This document shows, one piece after another, positions 1-7,976 of a stretch of DNA of 64,000 nt. How positions within the stretch are numbered: position 1 is the first letter of the stretch; each line of letters starts with the position of its first letter. The stretch lies in IMG/VR virus record IMGVR_UViG_3300037840_000333, positions 23,121-87,120 of that record, one strand, 5' to 3'. The DNA comes from a virus. Both the position numbers and the translations under genes were made by a program. Below the pieces are notes generated by a model that saw only the letters and a program-made list of their open reading frames with translations, did no database searches and was not told where the DNA came from.

Positions 1-1144
1 TGTCATCGGCCACCTGGGGCGGTACGCCGTCGGGGATGGCCTCCTCGTCCCCTGGGGGCGGCAGGGCACCTTCCGTGGGGGGTTGGGGCTCGGGTGGGGC
101 TCCGTCCGCTCCTGGGGCCGCTGAGGACGGCTCCTGGGCGTCCGGCGTCGGTAGCGTCGGCTGCTCGGGCTGGCCCTGGGGGGCGTGCCGGTCGGCGGTC
201 TCCTGGGCCGCCTCCTGGCTGCTCGCGTCCCGGCACTCGACCAGCAGGGCTCGGTACTCGGCCACCTGGACCTTCTGCACCGGCAGCGGGAGCACCTTCG
301 TCGGGTCGGCCGGGTCGGTGTACTCGTGCTCGATGCACCACGCCCGCACCCTGGCTTTCTGCCGCTCGCTGGTGATGGCCTTCAGAATGTCCCGCAGGCT
401 GGCGCTCACGCTGCGTAACTCGTCCTCGTCGGTGTAGCCCAGGTCCCGCCAAACGGCCGGGGTCGGGGGCGCCTGGTCCTCGGGGCTCCCTCGCCGGGCT
501 GGCGGCGTGCGGTCGTCGCCCTCGCTCTCCAACAGGTTCTTGCTCCACAGGCTCAGGGCCACGCCGAAACGCATGGCGGCGTTGCGGAGGGCGTCGCCGA
601 TGAGCTGCTTCTCGGCGTCGAACTTTCTGCTCTCGACGCTGCCGAAGCCCTTCCGGGTGATGCCGCCGACGGTGAGCGTGATCCACAAGCCGATGGGCTG
701 GCCGTCCCGGTCCCGCTCAAAGTGGGGCGGGCTGTTCTCGATGAGCTGGTCCATCAGGAGCGGCTGTATGGCGTGCTCGGCGCTCGCCACCGCGGCCAGC
801 GCGGCGGGGTCGATGTCCCGGCTGAGGAAGTCCCAATCCCACCCGGGGTCTACGTTCAGCAGGCGGTCGGTGACCTCGGCGTGCCCCACGTAGTCAAGGT
901 GCATGTGGGCCGTGGTGATCCAGTTGCCGCACAGTTGGCACTCCCGCTTGGCGTGGTCGGTGCAGACCTTCCCCTGGGCGTCCCGGCACTTGAAGCACGT
1001 GATCCTCGGCAGCTTCCCGACCTGGGCCTCGGCGAACGGGGCCCGCAGGGCGGAGAGCATGGGCACTAGCTCGCCGTACTGCTCGGCCGCCCACGTGCTC
1101 GGGGCGGTGCCGTTCTGGCTCTCGGTGGTGGTGGTCTCGGTCAC
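1..1144 (-). CDS. Rad52/Sak-like single-strand annealing protein (runs off window edge)
   Basis: Own translation from GTG 1144 (GTGA overlap with the Gam stop): LRAPF..GKLP, Cys-rich insert, HLDYVGHAEVTDRLLNVDPGWDW, GLWITLTVGGITRKGFG, KQLIGDALRNAAMRFGVALSLW. Absent from the ORF track because it has no stop in the window. Confidence 0.8.
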   Translation of the reverse strand, partial: MTETTTTESQNGTAPSTWAAEQYGELVPMLSALRAPFAEAQVGKLPRITCFKCRDAQGKVCTDHAKRECQLCGNWITTAHMHLDYVGHAEVTDRLLNVDPGWDWDFLSRDIDPAALAAVASAEHAIQPLLMDQLIENSPPHFERDRDGQPIGLWITLTVGGITRKGFGSVESRKFDAEKQLIGDALRNAAMRFGVALSLWSKNLLESEGDDRTPPARRGSPEDQAPPTPAVWRDLGYTDEDELRSVSASLRDILKAITSERQKARVRAWCIEHEYTDPADPTKVLPLPVQKVQVAEYRALLVECRDASSQEAAQETADRHAPQGQPEQPTLPTPDAQEPSSAAPGADGAPPEPQPPTEGALPPPGDEEAIPDGVPPQVADD

Positions 1145-1845
1145 TGGTCGTCCTCCTCGGTGGTGAGTGTGATGCTGAATCGTTCCTGCACGGGCTCGGC
1201 GTAGACGACGCCGGGGACGCTGACGGTCTCGGCCTTGAACTCGCCGGTCTCCAAGTTGGCTCGAGGTGCCGTCTTCGCCATCAGGCGCCACGTCTGGACT
1301 AGCTCGCCGCCGCGCTCGGGGTCGTTCACCTGCACGCCCTCGTGCCGGGTGATCTTCTCCTCGTCGGCCAGCTCGGCCTTGCGGATATGGGGCTCGTAGC
1401 GCAGCAGGTCCTCGCGGCCGTTGGCCTTGCACCAGGCGATGAACGCCTGCTCATCGGTCACGAGGATCTTGCCTCGGCCTGGCTTCCGTAGGGCCAGGGC
1501 GCCGTTCGGCAGCTTCAATGTCTTGGTCCTCGGGTTGGCCCGCAGCCACGCCCGGTGGAACGCTTCCAGTGAGGTGCCGATGCGCTCCTCCTCGCGCTCG
1601 ATGCCGCCGGTGCGGTCCCGCTCCCAGCGGGTGATGTCCTCCCGGCGCCGGGTCGCCAGCTCCATGATCTTGATGGCCTCGGCGCGCAACCGGCGCCGCT
1701 TGTAGAGCAGACGGTCGGCCATGTCGGCGTCCTCCGCCGGCAGCACGACCTCGTGGTCGGGATCCTCGGGGTCCGGGTGCTCGACGGGGACCTCGATGGC
1801 GAGGTACTCATCCAGGTCGGCCTCGATCAGCTCGTCGTCCGGCAT
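1141..1845 (-). CDS. Mu Gam-like host-nuclease inhibitor
   Basis: Coiled-coil N-half then RTKTLKLPNGALALRKP; SD AGGAG before ATG 1845 (TTG 1881 is an alternative start); next to the SSAP gene. Confidence 0.7.
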   Translation of the reverse strand: MPDDELIEADLDEYLAIEVPVEHPDPEDPDHEVVLPAEDADMADRLLYKRRRLRAEAIKIMELATRRREDITRWERDRTGGIEREEERIGTSLEAFHRAWLRANPRTKTLKLPNGALALRKPGRGKILVTDEQAFIAWCKANGREDLLRYEPHIRKAELADEEKITRHEGVQVNDPERGGELVQTWRLMAKTAPRANLETGEFKAETVSVPGVVYAEPVQERFSITLTTEEDDQ

Positions 1846-1914
1846 ATGCAACTCCTGTCCGTGGTTGGTCGGGTGCGCCAATCGCTAACGCTAGCGCCTA
1901 CCCTATCCGCGGGG

Positions 1915-2037
1915 TGTGTTGCTCACCGGGCAAGCGAATGGCCGCCGGTGATCGAGGGCATCACTCCTCGGCCGGCGGCCACTCTGTCCCGACCAACCAC
2001 GACCGGGATCGTTGCTACTGCGTGAGCGGTGCGCTCG
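1915..2037 (-). ncRNA. Candidate structured ncRNA A (three-way junction, ~120 nt)
   Basis: -10 TAGCGT at 2044-2049; closing stem 1921-1926/2022-2027; 13-bp stem 1936-1948/1972-1984; 8-bp stem 1987-1994/2001-2008; no credible ORF; the next gene has its own -10. Confidence 0.55.
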
Positions 2038-2075
2038 GCTCTAACGCTAGCGCGTGGCCGGCGCCGTCGCGTCGG

Positions 2076-2402
2076 CTACTGCGCGGCGTGCGCTCCGGGT
2101 GCGTTGCCGAGTCCGACGCCGGGGGCGATCTTGGCGTTGACCGTGACCGCTGGCTTCCACCATCCGACGTAGCCGGCGACGGCCGTGATCCACGCCACGC
2201 CGATGCTGAGGGCGATCTGCTCCCACTCCCTCGTGCCGCTCGGCGGCGTGATGAGGTAGCCGCTCAGGCCGCCGGTGATGGCGGCCAACAGCCCGGTGAG
2301 GAGCGCCTTCAGCTTGGCGCTGGCGACCTCCTTCGTCACGAGGGCGATGGCGGCTGGGATCACGGTCCCGACCAACAGGCTGATGACGACGGCGAGGTTC
2401 AC
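2076..2402 (-). CDS. Holin-like membrane protein
   Basis: 108 aa, three hydrophobic segments, directly after the peptidase gene. Confidence 0.65.
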   Translation of the reverse strand: MNLAVVISLLVGTVIPAAIALVTKEVASAKLKALLTGLLAAITGGLSGYLITPPSGTREWEQIALSIGVAWITAVAGYVGWWKPAVTVNAKIAPGVGLGNAPGAHAAQ

Positions 2403-3436
2403 TGGTCCTCCTCCTCGGGCTGGGCGGTCACGTCTCCGCCGGCGTGCTTCACGAGGGCGATGATGGCGTCGATGGCCTCGTGTGCCAGCTTCTCCAACTC
2501 GGCGATCCAGTTGGGCGGGGTCGGTGGGGGCGCTGGGGGAGCCGGTGGCGGGCTCGGTGGTGCCGGTGGCACAGGTGGGTCCGGCGGTGGCTCCGGGGGC
2601 GCTGGGGGAGGCTGGGGAGGCGCTGGGGGTACCGGGACGGGTGGCACGGGGACGGGTTCGGGTGCCGGGGCGTCGCCTCCGCCGATGGCCTGCAGGTCGG
2701 CCAGCAGGGCCGGCTCAAACTGTGCAAGCTGCTCGTCCGTCGTGACGGCGAGGTAGGCCTCGCCGCCGGGGTTCTGATGCAGGCAGGCGTTCATCCACGG
2801 GATGGTGGCGCCCTGCCACACGGCCCACGTGCCCACTTGGTCGGTCCCGCTGTCGAGCGCCTGGGCCTCGCCCCACAGCACGCAGTGGCCCTCGTTCGGG
2901 TCCGGGCTCTGGCCCGGGGTCACGTCGAACGGCTGGCCCGCGTTGAACTGGTCCTCGTTGTTGTCGAACAGGTTGACGCCGATGAGGAGCCCGAAGCCGG
3001 CGCCCATCAGCCCGATGCACGTCGCCCGGTCGGTGTGATCCACCGGGCACCACGCCTTGATCTTGCCGTCGAGGTACAGGCTGTGCAGGTAGCTCGGCAT
3101 GTCGGTGCCGTTCCCGGGCGGGCTCGTGGCGCCGGTGTAGTGCTGGTAGTCCTCCACAGCCTGGGGACTGTCGGGGGACAACACGGGCGTCCCGGCGGCG
3201 ACCGCCGTGGTCATGTCGTAGTGGGCCTTGCCGGCCTCGACGCAATCGCCCCACTGGTCGTTCCCCATCATGCCGAGGTTCGTCAGCCCTTCGGTCCGGT
3301 TCACCGGGTAGGTCACGGCCACGGGCACGAGGAGGTACTGGTGGGCCCACCGCAGGTTGAATCGGTCCTCGGGGGCCCGGCGCGCCTGGCGCCCTCGCAG
3401 GCCGGACTGGCGCGGGGTGTCGAGGGTGTCCGTCAT
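2399..3436 (-). CDS. Cysteine peptidase-like protein (possible endolysin) with Pro-rich tail
   Basis: MMGNDQWGDCVEAG (Cys), EGHCV (His), TW motif of papain/C39-like phage proteins; upstream of the holin. Confidence 0.55.
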   Translation of the reverse strand: MTDTLDTPRQSGLRGRQARRAPEDRFNLRWAHQYLLVPVAVTYPVNRTEGLTNLGMMGNDQWGDCVEAGKAHYDMTTAVAAGTPVLSPDSPQAVEDYQHYTGATSPPGNGTDMPSYLHSLYLDGKIKAWCPVDHTDRATCIGLMGAGFGLLIGVNLFDNNEDQFNAGQPFDVTPGQSPDPNEGHCVLWGEAQALDSGTDQVGTWAVWQGATIPWMNACLHQNPGGEAYLAVTTDEQLAQFEPALLADLQAIGGGDAPAPEPVPVPPVPVPPAPPQPPPAPPEPPPDPPVPPAPPSPPPAPPAPPPTPPNWIAELEKLAHEAIDAIIALVKHAGGDVTAQPEEEDQ

Positions 3437-3654
3437 GGCTGGCGCTGGTCCTGGCGCCGGCCCCATGCTCCGCTGGCGTAGCCCCAGCCGCCGACGAGGA
3501 GGTCAACGAGGAAGCTGAGGAAGCCGGCGATGAACCAACTGATGTAGCTCACGCCGAATAGCTGGCCGGCGTCGGCGCCGGTGGTCTGTGCCGTGGCGAT
3601 GATGGCGAACACGGTCAGGACGACCGCGGCGACGATGAAAATGGGGAATCTCAT
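3433..3654 (-). CDS. Small 2-TM membrane protein
   Basis: MRFPIFIVAAVVLTVFAIIA..; ATGA overlaps on both sides. Confidence 0.6.
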   Translation of the reverse strand: MRFPIFIVAAVVLTVFAIIATAQTTGADAGQLFGVSYISWFIAGFLSFLVDLLVGGWGYASGAWGRRQDQRQP

Positions 3655-4112
3655 GGTGCTTCCTTTCGGGTGTCCGGCGGTTTGGTCAGGTCGATGCCGT
3701 CGTGGGTCTCGTTCGGGATGGCCTTCGTGTGCTCGATGATGTGGGCGTTCTGGCGGATGATGTGCTCCCGCTGTTTGGCCGCCTCCTCGTGGTGTTGACG
3801 GATCACAGCCAGGTGCTGGTGCACCGGGGCGAGCTTGGCGTCGGCGAAATGGTGGATGCGCCGGCGGGTCGGCGGCCAGATCAGCGCCGCCACCATCAGG
3901 ACGAGGGCCCACTGGATCAGGCTGGCGACGAGGTTGGGGGCCACCCGGGCCGCGTCCGGCGGGTAGAAGTCGGCGCTGAATCGGCCGTGCCAAAGGATGA
4001 CGATCACTAGGACGCCGGCAGCGACGATGACAGCGAGGATCTTCTGATACCTCGGGATCGGCTTGTCCTCGTACTGGTGAGGGGCCGTCGCGGCCGGGTC
4101 TAGCTCGGGCAT
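3651..4112 (-). CDS. 2-TM membrane protein with His-rich coiled tail
   Basis: Two TM segments; leaderless -10 TAGGCT 7 nt before ATG. Confidence 0.65.
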   Translation of the reverse strand: MPELDPAATAPHQYEDKPIPRYQKILAVIVAAGVLVIVILWHGRFSADFYPPDAARVAPNLVASLIQWALVLMVAALIWPPTRRRIHHFADAKLAPVHQHLAVIRQHHEEAAKQREHIIRQNAHIIEHTKAIPNETHDGIDLTKPPDTRKEAP

Positions 4113-4151
4113 GGGCGGGAGCCTATCGACGCAGGCCAGGTCGCTCGCGGA

Positions 4152-4511
4152 TCATGCGGAACACGGGGTCGGGGTGTTCTCCTCGGTGGCGATGCGGAGC
4201 AGCTCGGCGCGCTGGCTGGCCGTGAGCGAGGGCAACCCGTCGATGGTCGCCTGCCACAGGCGCAGCTCGTCGGCGCGGTATTTGTTGCCCACCACGCAGC
4301 GGGCGGCGATCCCGTGGCTGGCGCTCGTCGCACTGGCCTGGGCGTCTTGCACCCGGGCGAAGCCGAACCCGAGGATGGCCGTCAGGGCCACGTCGAGGGC
4401 CAGCGACAGCCAAAGCCACCGGCGGCTCGTCCGGGCCCGGGCAGCGTCCTGGCGGAGCCCGGCTATCTCGTCGGCCAGCCGGCCCATCGAAGCCTGCGCG
4501 CTCTCGGTCAC
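4152..4511 (-). CDS. Single-TM protein, paralogue of 4656-5087
   Basis: SLALDVALT..CVVGNKYRADELRLW. Confidence 0.65.
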   Translation of the reverse strand: MTESAQASMGRLADEIAGLRQDAARARTSRRWLWLSLALDVALTAILGFGFARVQDAQASATSASHGIAARCVVGNKYRADELRLWQATIDGLPSLTASQRAELLRIATEENTPTPCSA

Positions 4512-4654
4512 TTGTCCTCGTCCTCCTTGCCGTTGAGCATCAGCTCCAACCGGACCTCGGCCAGCAGGCGCTCGGCGCGGTCGGCAACGGTCTCCTGCTC
4601 CTCGGGTGAGACGAGGAGGCGAGGGCGTGCGTGTCTACTCCGCCAAACTGCCAC
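4508..4654 (-). CDS. Small hypothetical protein, weak paralogue of 5065-5274
   Basis: AEVRLEL motif; GTG start just after the upstream stop. Confidence 0.45.
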   Translation of the reverse strand: MAVWRSRHARPRLLVSPEEQETVADRAERLLAEVRLELMLNGKEDEDK

Positions 4655-4655
4655 G

Positions 4656-5087
4656 TCACTGAGGCGCCTTCCCGCAGTCTCGTGGGGCAAAGATCGTGTG
4701 GATCTGCTGACTGAGACCCGTGGCGATCTGCTCATCGTGCGGGGTCGTGGTCGGTATCAGCGTTAGGACGAACCCCCAAAGCCGAAGCTGATCGGCCCTG
4801 GCCTTGTTGCTCGCCACGCAGGTTTGGTAACTGGCGACCTCCGCCTGGTGGCTCGCCTTGTTCGCCTGGTCGCTGACGTGCGCCGTCTGCAGGGCGTTGA
4901 AGCTGAGCCCGAAGGTGAGCAGGATGTCGAGGACGAGGCTGATGGCCAGCACCCGGTTCCGGCTGCGGAGCTTGCGGATCTCGCTGTTCAGCCGCTCGAC
5001 GGCTCCGATGGCTGACTGGGCGATGGTGATGGCCCGGTCTCGGCGCTCCTCGAGAGTCAGGGCCTCATCGTCGGGGGTATGGGTCAT
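4656..5087 (-). CDS. Single-TM protein, paralogue of 4152-4511
   Basis: SLVLDILLT..CVASNKARADQLRLW. Confidence 0.65.
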   Translation of the reverse strand: MTHTPDDEALTLEERRDRAITIAQSAIGAVERLNSEIRKLRSRNRVLAISLVLDILLTFGLSFNALQTAHVSDQANKASHQAEVASYQTCVASNKARADQLRLWGFVLTLIPTTTPHDEQIATGLSQQIHTIFAPRDCGKAPQ

Positions 5088-5274
5088 CGCGTTGTCCTGC
5101 CTTCCGTCGGTCCGGCAGGGGTCTCCTCGGTGGCGGTTCCAGCCCGAAACCGTCGTCGTTGAGGGCCTCTGCCAGCAATGCCAGCTCTAACTCGACCTCG
5201 GCCTTGGCGGCCTCGACGTTCCTCACCATCTCATTGACCGATGTGCGCCGCTGGCGGCGCGTCCGTTGTCCCAC
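5065..5274 (-). CDS. Small hypothetical protein
   Basis: AEVELEL motif; fills the gap in a coupled operon. Confidence 0.45.
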   Translation of the reverse strand: MGQRTRRQRRTSVNEMVRNVEAAKAEVELELALLAEALNDDGFGLEPPPRRPLPDRRKAGQRDDPYPRR

Positions 5275-5940
5275 TCACGGGTGCCCATGGACGAGGATGT
5301 TGACGACGACGGTGGCGGCCACGCTGAGGAGGGCGACGCCGATGGCGATCCAGCTATTGGCCTGGGCTCGCCGGCCGGACACCTGCAGGTCCTCCTGGCG
5401 CTCGATGTAGCGGTCGAACTGCTCGTTCGTGACTCGATTGGCAAGAGCGACGACCATGGGTTGAACCTCCCGGCTTCGGCTCTCCCTCTCAGCGTAGATC
5501 CGCGAACCCAGGTCCTCTCGCATCTGGCCCAGCCGCACGTCGAAGTCGGACAGGCGGGACTCCACGACCTCCCGGCTCGGGAAGGTGGACATCTGCTGGC
5601 CCAGGAGCTCCCGGTAGCGGGCCTGCTCGGCGTTCGTGGCGTCTTGCTGGTGTTCGGCCTTGTCAACCGCCTTGGTCGAGGCATCGAGGGCGGCCTGCAG
5701 CCGGGTGATGGCGGCCTCGGTGGCGTCGCGTAGCTGCTCGGCGAGGGCCTGGAAGCGAATGTCGGCCTCCGCCCGGGGCAAGAACAGGTTGTTGTTATCG
5801 CTGAGCGCCTGGCGGATCTCATTGAGGGCGTCGAGGCGCTTCTCGTTGGCGGCCAGGGCCGCCGCCACCCGCTCGTCATTGTCCGCAAACCGCTGGTGAA
5901 AGTGGTCGAAGAGTGTCTCAGGTGTCCATCCCTTGGCCAT
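5275..5940 (-). CDS. Coiled-coil protein with C-terminal TM
   Basis: Helical repeats (FLPRAEA/FPSREVV) and a C-terminal hydrophobic helix. Confidence 0.65.
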   Translation of the reverse strand: MAKGWTPETLFDHFHQRFADNDERVAAALAANEKRLDALNEIRQALSDNNNLFLPRAEADIRFQALAEQLRDATEAAITRLQAALDASTKAVDKAEHQQDATNAEQARYRELLGQQMSTFPSREVVESRLSDFDVRLGQMREDLGSRIYAERESRSREVQPMVVALANRVTNEQFDRYIERQEDLQVSGRRAQANSWIAIGVALLSVAATVVVNILVHGHP

Positions 5941-5994
5941 GGTCGATACCCTTCTCGTCACGGAGCGTAGCCGTTCATTCCGAGGGGCCGGTGG

Positions 5995-6612
5995 TTAGGG
6001 GTCCGTGCTGAAGGTCAGGCCGTCGAGCGCCACGCCGCTCGGGCTGCCGGTGTAGGTCGGGGTCACGACGCCGGTCGAGGCGATCAGCAACAGGGCGCCG
6101 ACCGGCGAGGCGAAGGACGTGAACCCGGCCGTGTTCAGCACCGCCGTGGCCGGTGGCCGGGCGCCGACGGGGAGCGTGAAGGCGGTCGCGGCGTTCGTCC
6201 CGGCGGTCATCGCCCCTCGCATCCACACCCGGTTGGCCTGCCGTCGGTAGGCGGGGGTGATCGTGCCTCCGCCGAGGTCGGCCCAGCCGTTGCTGTAGCC
6301 GAGCCCGGCGATGGACTGCCAGCCGGTGTCGTCGCCGACCGCGCCGATGATCCACAGGTCGGTGCCGACGCCGGCCGCCACCACCACGTCACCCACCCGG
6401 GGCGTATACGAGGTCTCGCACTGGATCCCGTTCAAGATCGACGTGGCACTGCCCTCGGGCTGCAGGCTCACCGTGATCGGGTTGGTGGGCGCTATGCCCG
6501 TCACGACGCCCCAAATGGCTCGCAGCACGTGCTCCTGGCGGAGCTGCTGGCTGATCGTCTTGCGGACCACGGCCGCGCCGCCGGCCGCTTCCTTCCCGCT
6601 CGGGGCGCTCAC
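5995..6612 (-). CDS. Minor tail protein
   Basis: YTPRVGDVV, DTGW..NGW..AYRR..V.MRG..FTLP.GARP typical of actinophage tail-tip/fibre ends. Confidence 0.75.
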   Translation of the reverse strand: MSAPSGKEAAGGAAVVRKTISQQLRQEHVLRAIWGVVTGIAPTNPITVSLQPEGSATSILNGIQCETSYTPRVGDVVVAAGVGTDLWIIGAVGDDTGWQSIAGLGYSNGWADLGGGTITPAYRRQANRVWMRGAMTAGTNAATAFTLPVGARPPATAVLNTAGFTSFASPVGALLLIASTGVVTPTYTGSPSGVALDGLTFSTDP

Positions 6613-7976
6613 GACACCACCCGGAACGCCTCTAGCGTGCTGAGCGTCGAGACGCCGAGGTCGAGCGTCCCTTTCTGGATGATGTACGGCGCCGCCGCCA
6701 CCTTGGATGGCCCTCGGGTGACGGTCACCACGCAGCCGGCGTCCATGGCCGGGTCTCCGAGGTAGGTGATCTGCATCCCGTCGAAGGTCCCGAGGGCCGC
6801 CGTGCCGAGGGCCTGGGCCATGGCGTCCACCTGGGGCTGGGTGGTGGCGAGGGAGGTCTGCACCACGACCACGGTGGTCGGGTAGGGCCCGAAGATGTAG
6901 CTCGGGCTCGCCGGGTTCACGTCATACCAGTCGCCCCGCAGCGGCGTCGGGATGTTGCTCCCCTGGCTGATGACGATGATGTGGTTCGGCACGCCCTTGT
7001 TGCTGAGCGTCCGCTGCAGCTCGGTGAAGGTGCAGCTCGGTCCCTCGCTGTAGCTGGCGGTCGGGGCGATGCTGGCCGGGTCCGCTATCGGCTCGGCGAT
7101 GAACACGCCGGCCTGGTCGAAGAAGCACTCGTAGCTGGCGGCGAGGGCCGACGAGGCGATCAGGGCGGTCGGGTCGTCGCCCATGTTGAAGGCGGCCGGT
7201 GCCAGCAGGTAGCTGCTCGGGGTGATGCTCATGGGCACGCCGGGCAGCCGGTTCTGCACGATGCCGGCAATGGTCACGTCGGCCGTCGTCACGATGTAGG
7301 CGCCGATCGAGTGGGCCGCCTGGGTGGTCCCGTTGTAGCCCCGGTCGGCCGCGCTCACATAGAGGATCCCGGTGCTCGGGTCCACGAAGGTCACGAGCAT
7401 CTGCTCCAAGTCGATGTAGACCACGAACGGGGCGACGCCGGTGATGGGGAAGTACGGCGTCAGGTTCACCGCGCCGCTGCTCGGGACGCTGGTGCTGTTC
7501 TGCATGATCGGCACCGTGCTGTACCCGTCGGTCCATTCGTTCCGGGCGATGGTGGCCATGCGGTCGCTCCCGTCCACGGCCACCGTCAGGTTGTAAGTGC
7601 CTCCGCTGTTGCTGTCGAGGGTCACCGCGTTCTCGATCAGGAACCTCCCCTGGGGCGCCGTCTCCGTCGTGCCGTCCGGGTAGACGAACCCCTTGTGGAC
7701 CTCAATCTCCGCTCCGTCGGGGAACAGCAGGTCGGTGCCGGTGTTGGGCACAATGTCGAGCAGCTCGGGCGTCGGTACGAACGTGACCTGGCTGGCGGTC
7801 CTCCGCACGCTGGCCGTGCTGTCGAAGTTCACCGTCCCCGAGATCACCAGCATCGGGGTGGTGTTGAGCGGGGCGCTGCTCTTGTAGTTCTCGAACACGT
7901 CCACGTAGCTGTAGGGCGTGAAGATATCGGCCGTCAGCGCCGGGCCCCACTTGTCGCTCACCGGCCAGTAGCTCAT
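6609..7976 (-). CDS. Minor tail protein (baseplate hub-like)
   Basis: True start MSYWPVSDKW at 7976 (ATGA overlap); SGTVNFDSTASVRRT, GAEIEVHKG, FFDQAGVF, GPYP motifs. Confidence 0.75.
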   Translation of the reverse strand: MSYWPVSDKWGPALTADIFTPYSYVDVFENYKSSAPLNTTPMLVISGTVNFDSTASVRRTASQVTFVPTPELLDIVPNTGTDLLFPDGAEIEVHKGFVYPDGTTETAPQGRFLIENAVTLDSNSGGTYNLTVAVDGSDRMATIARNEWTDGYSTVPIMQNSTSVPSSGAVNLTPYFPITGVAPFVVYIDLEQMLVTFVDPSTGILYVSAADRGYNGTTQAAHSIGAYIVTTADVTIAGIVQNRLPGVPMSITPSSYLLAPAAFNMGDDPTALIASSALAASYECFFDQAGVFIAEPIADPASIAPTASYSEGPSCTFTELQRTLSNKGVPNHIIVISQGSNIPTPLRGDWYDVNPASPSYIFGPYPTTVVVVQTSLATTQPQVDAMAQALGTAALGTFDGMQITYLGDPAMDAGCVVTVTRGPSKVAAAPYIIQKGTLDLGVSTLSTLEAFRVVS

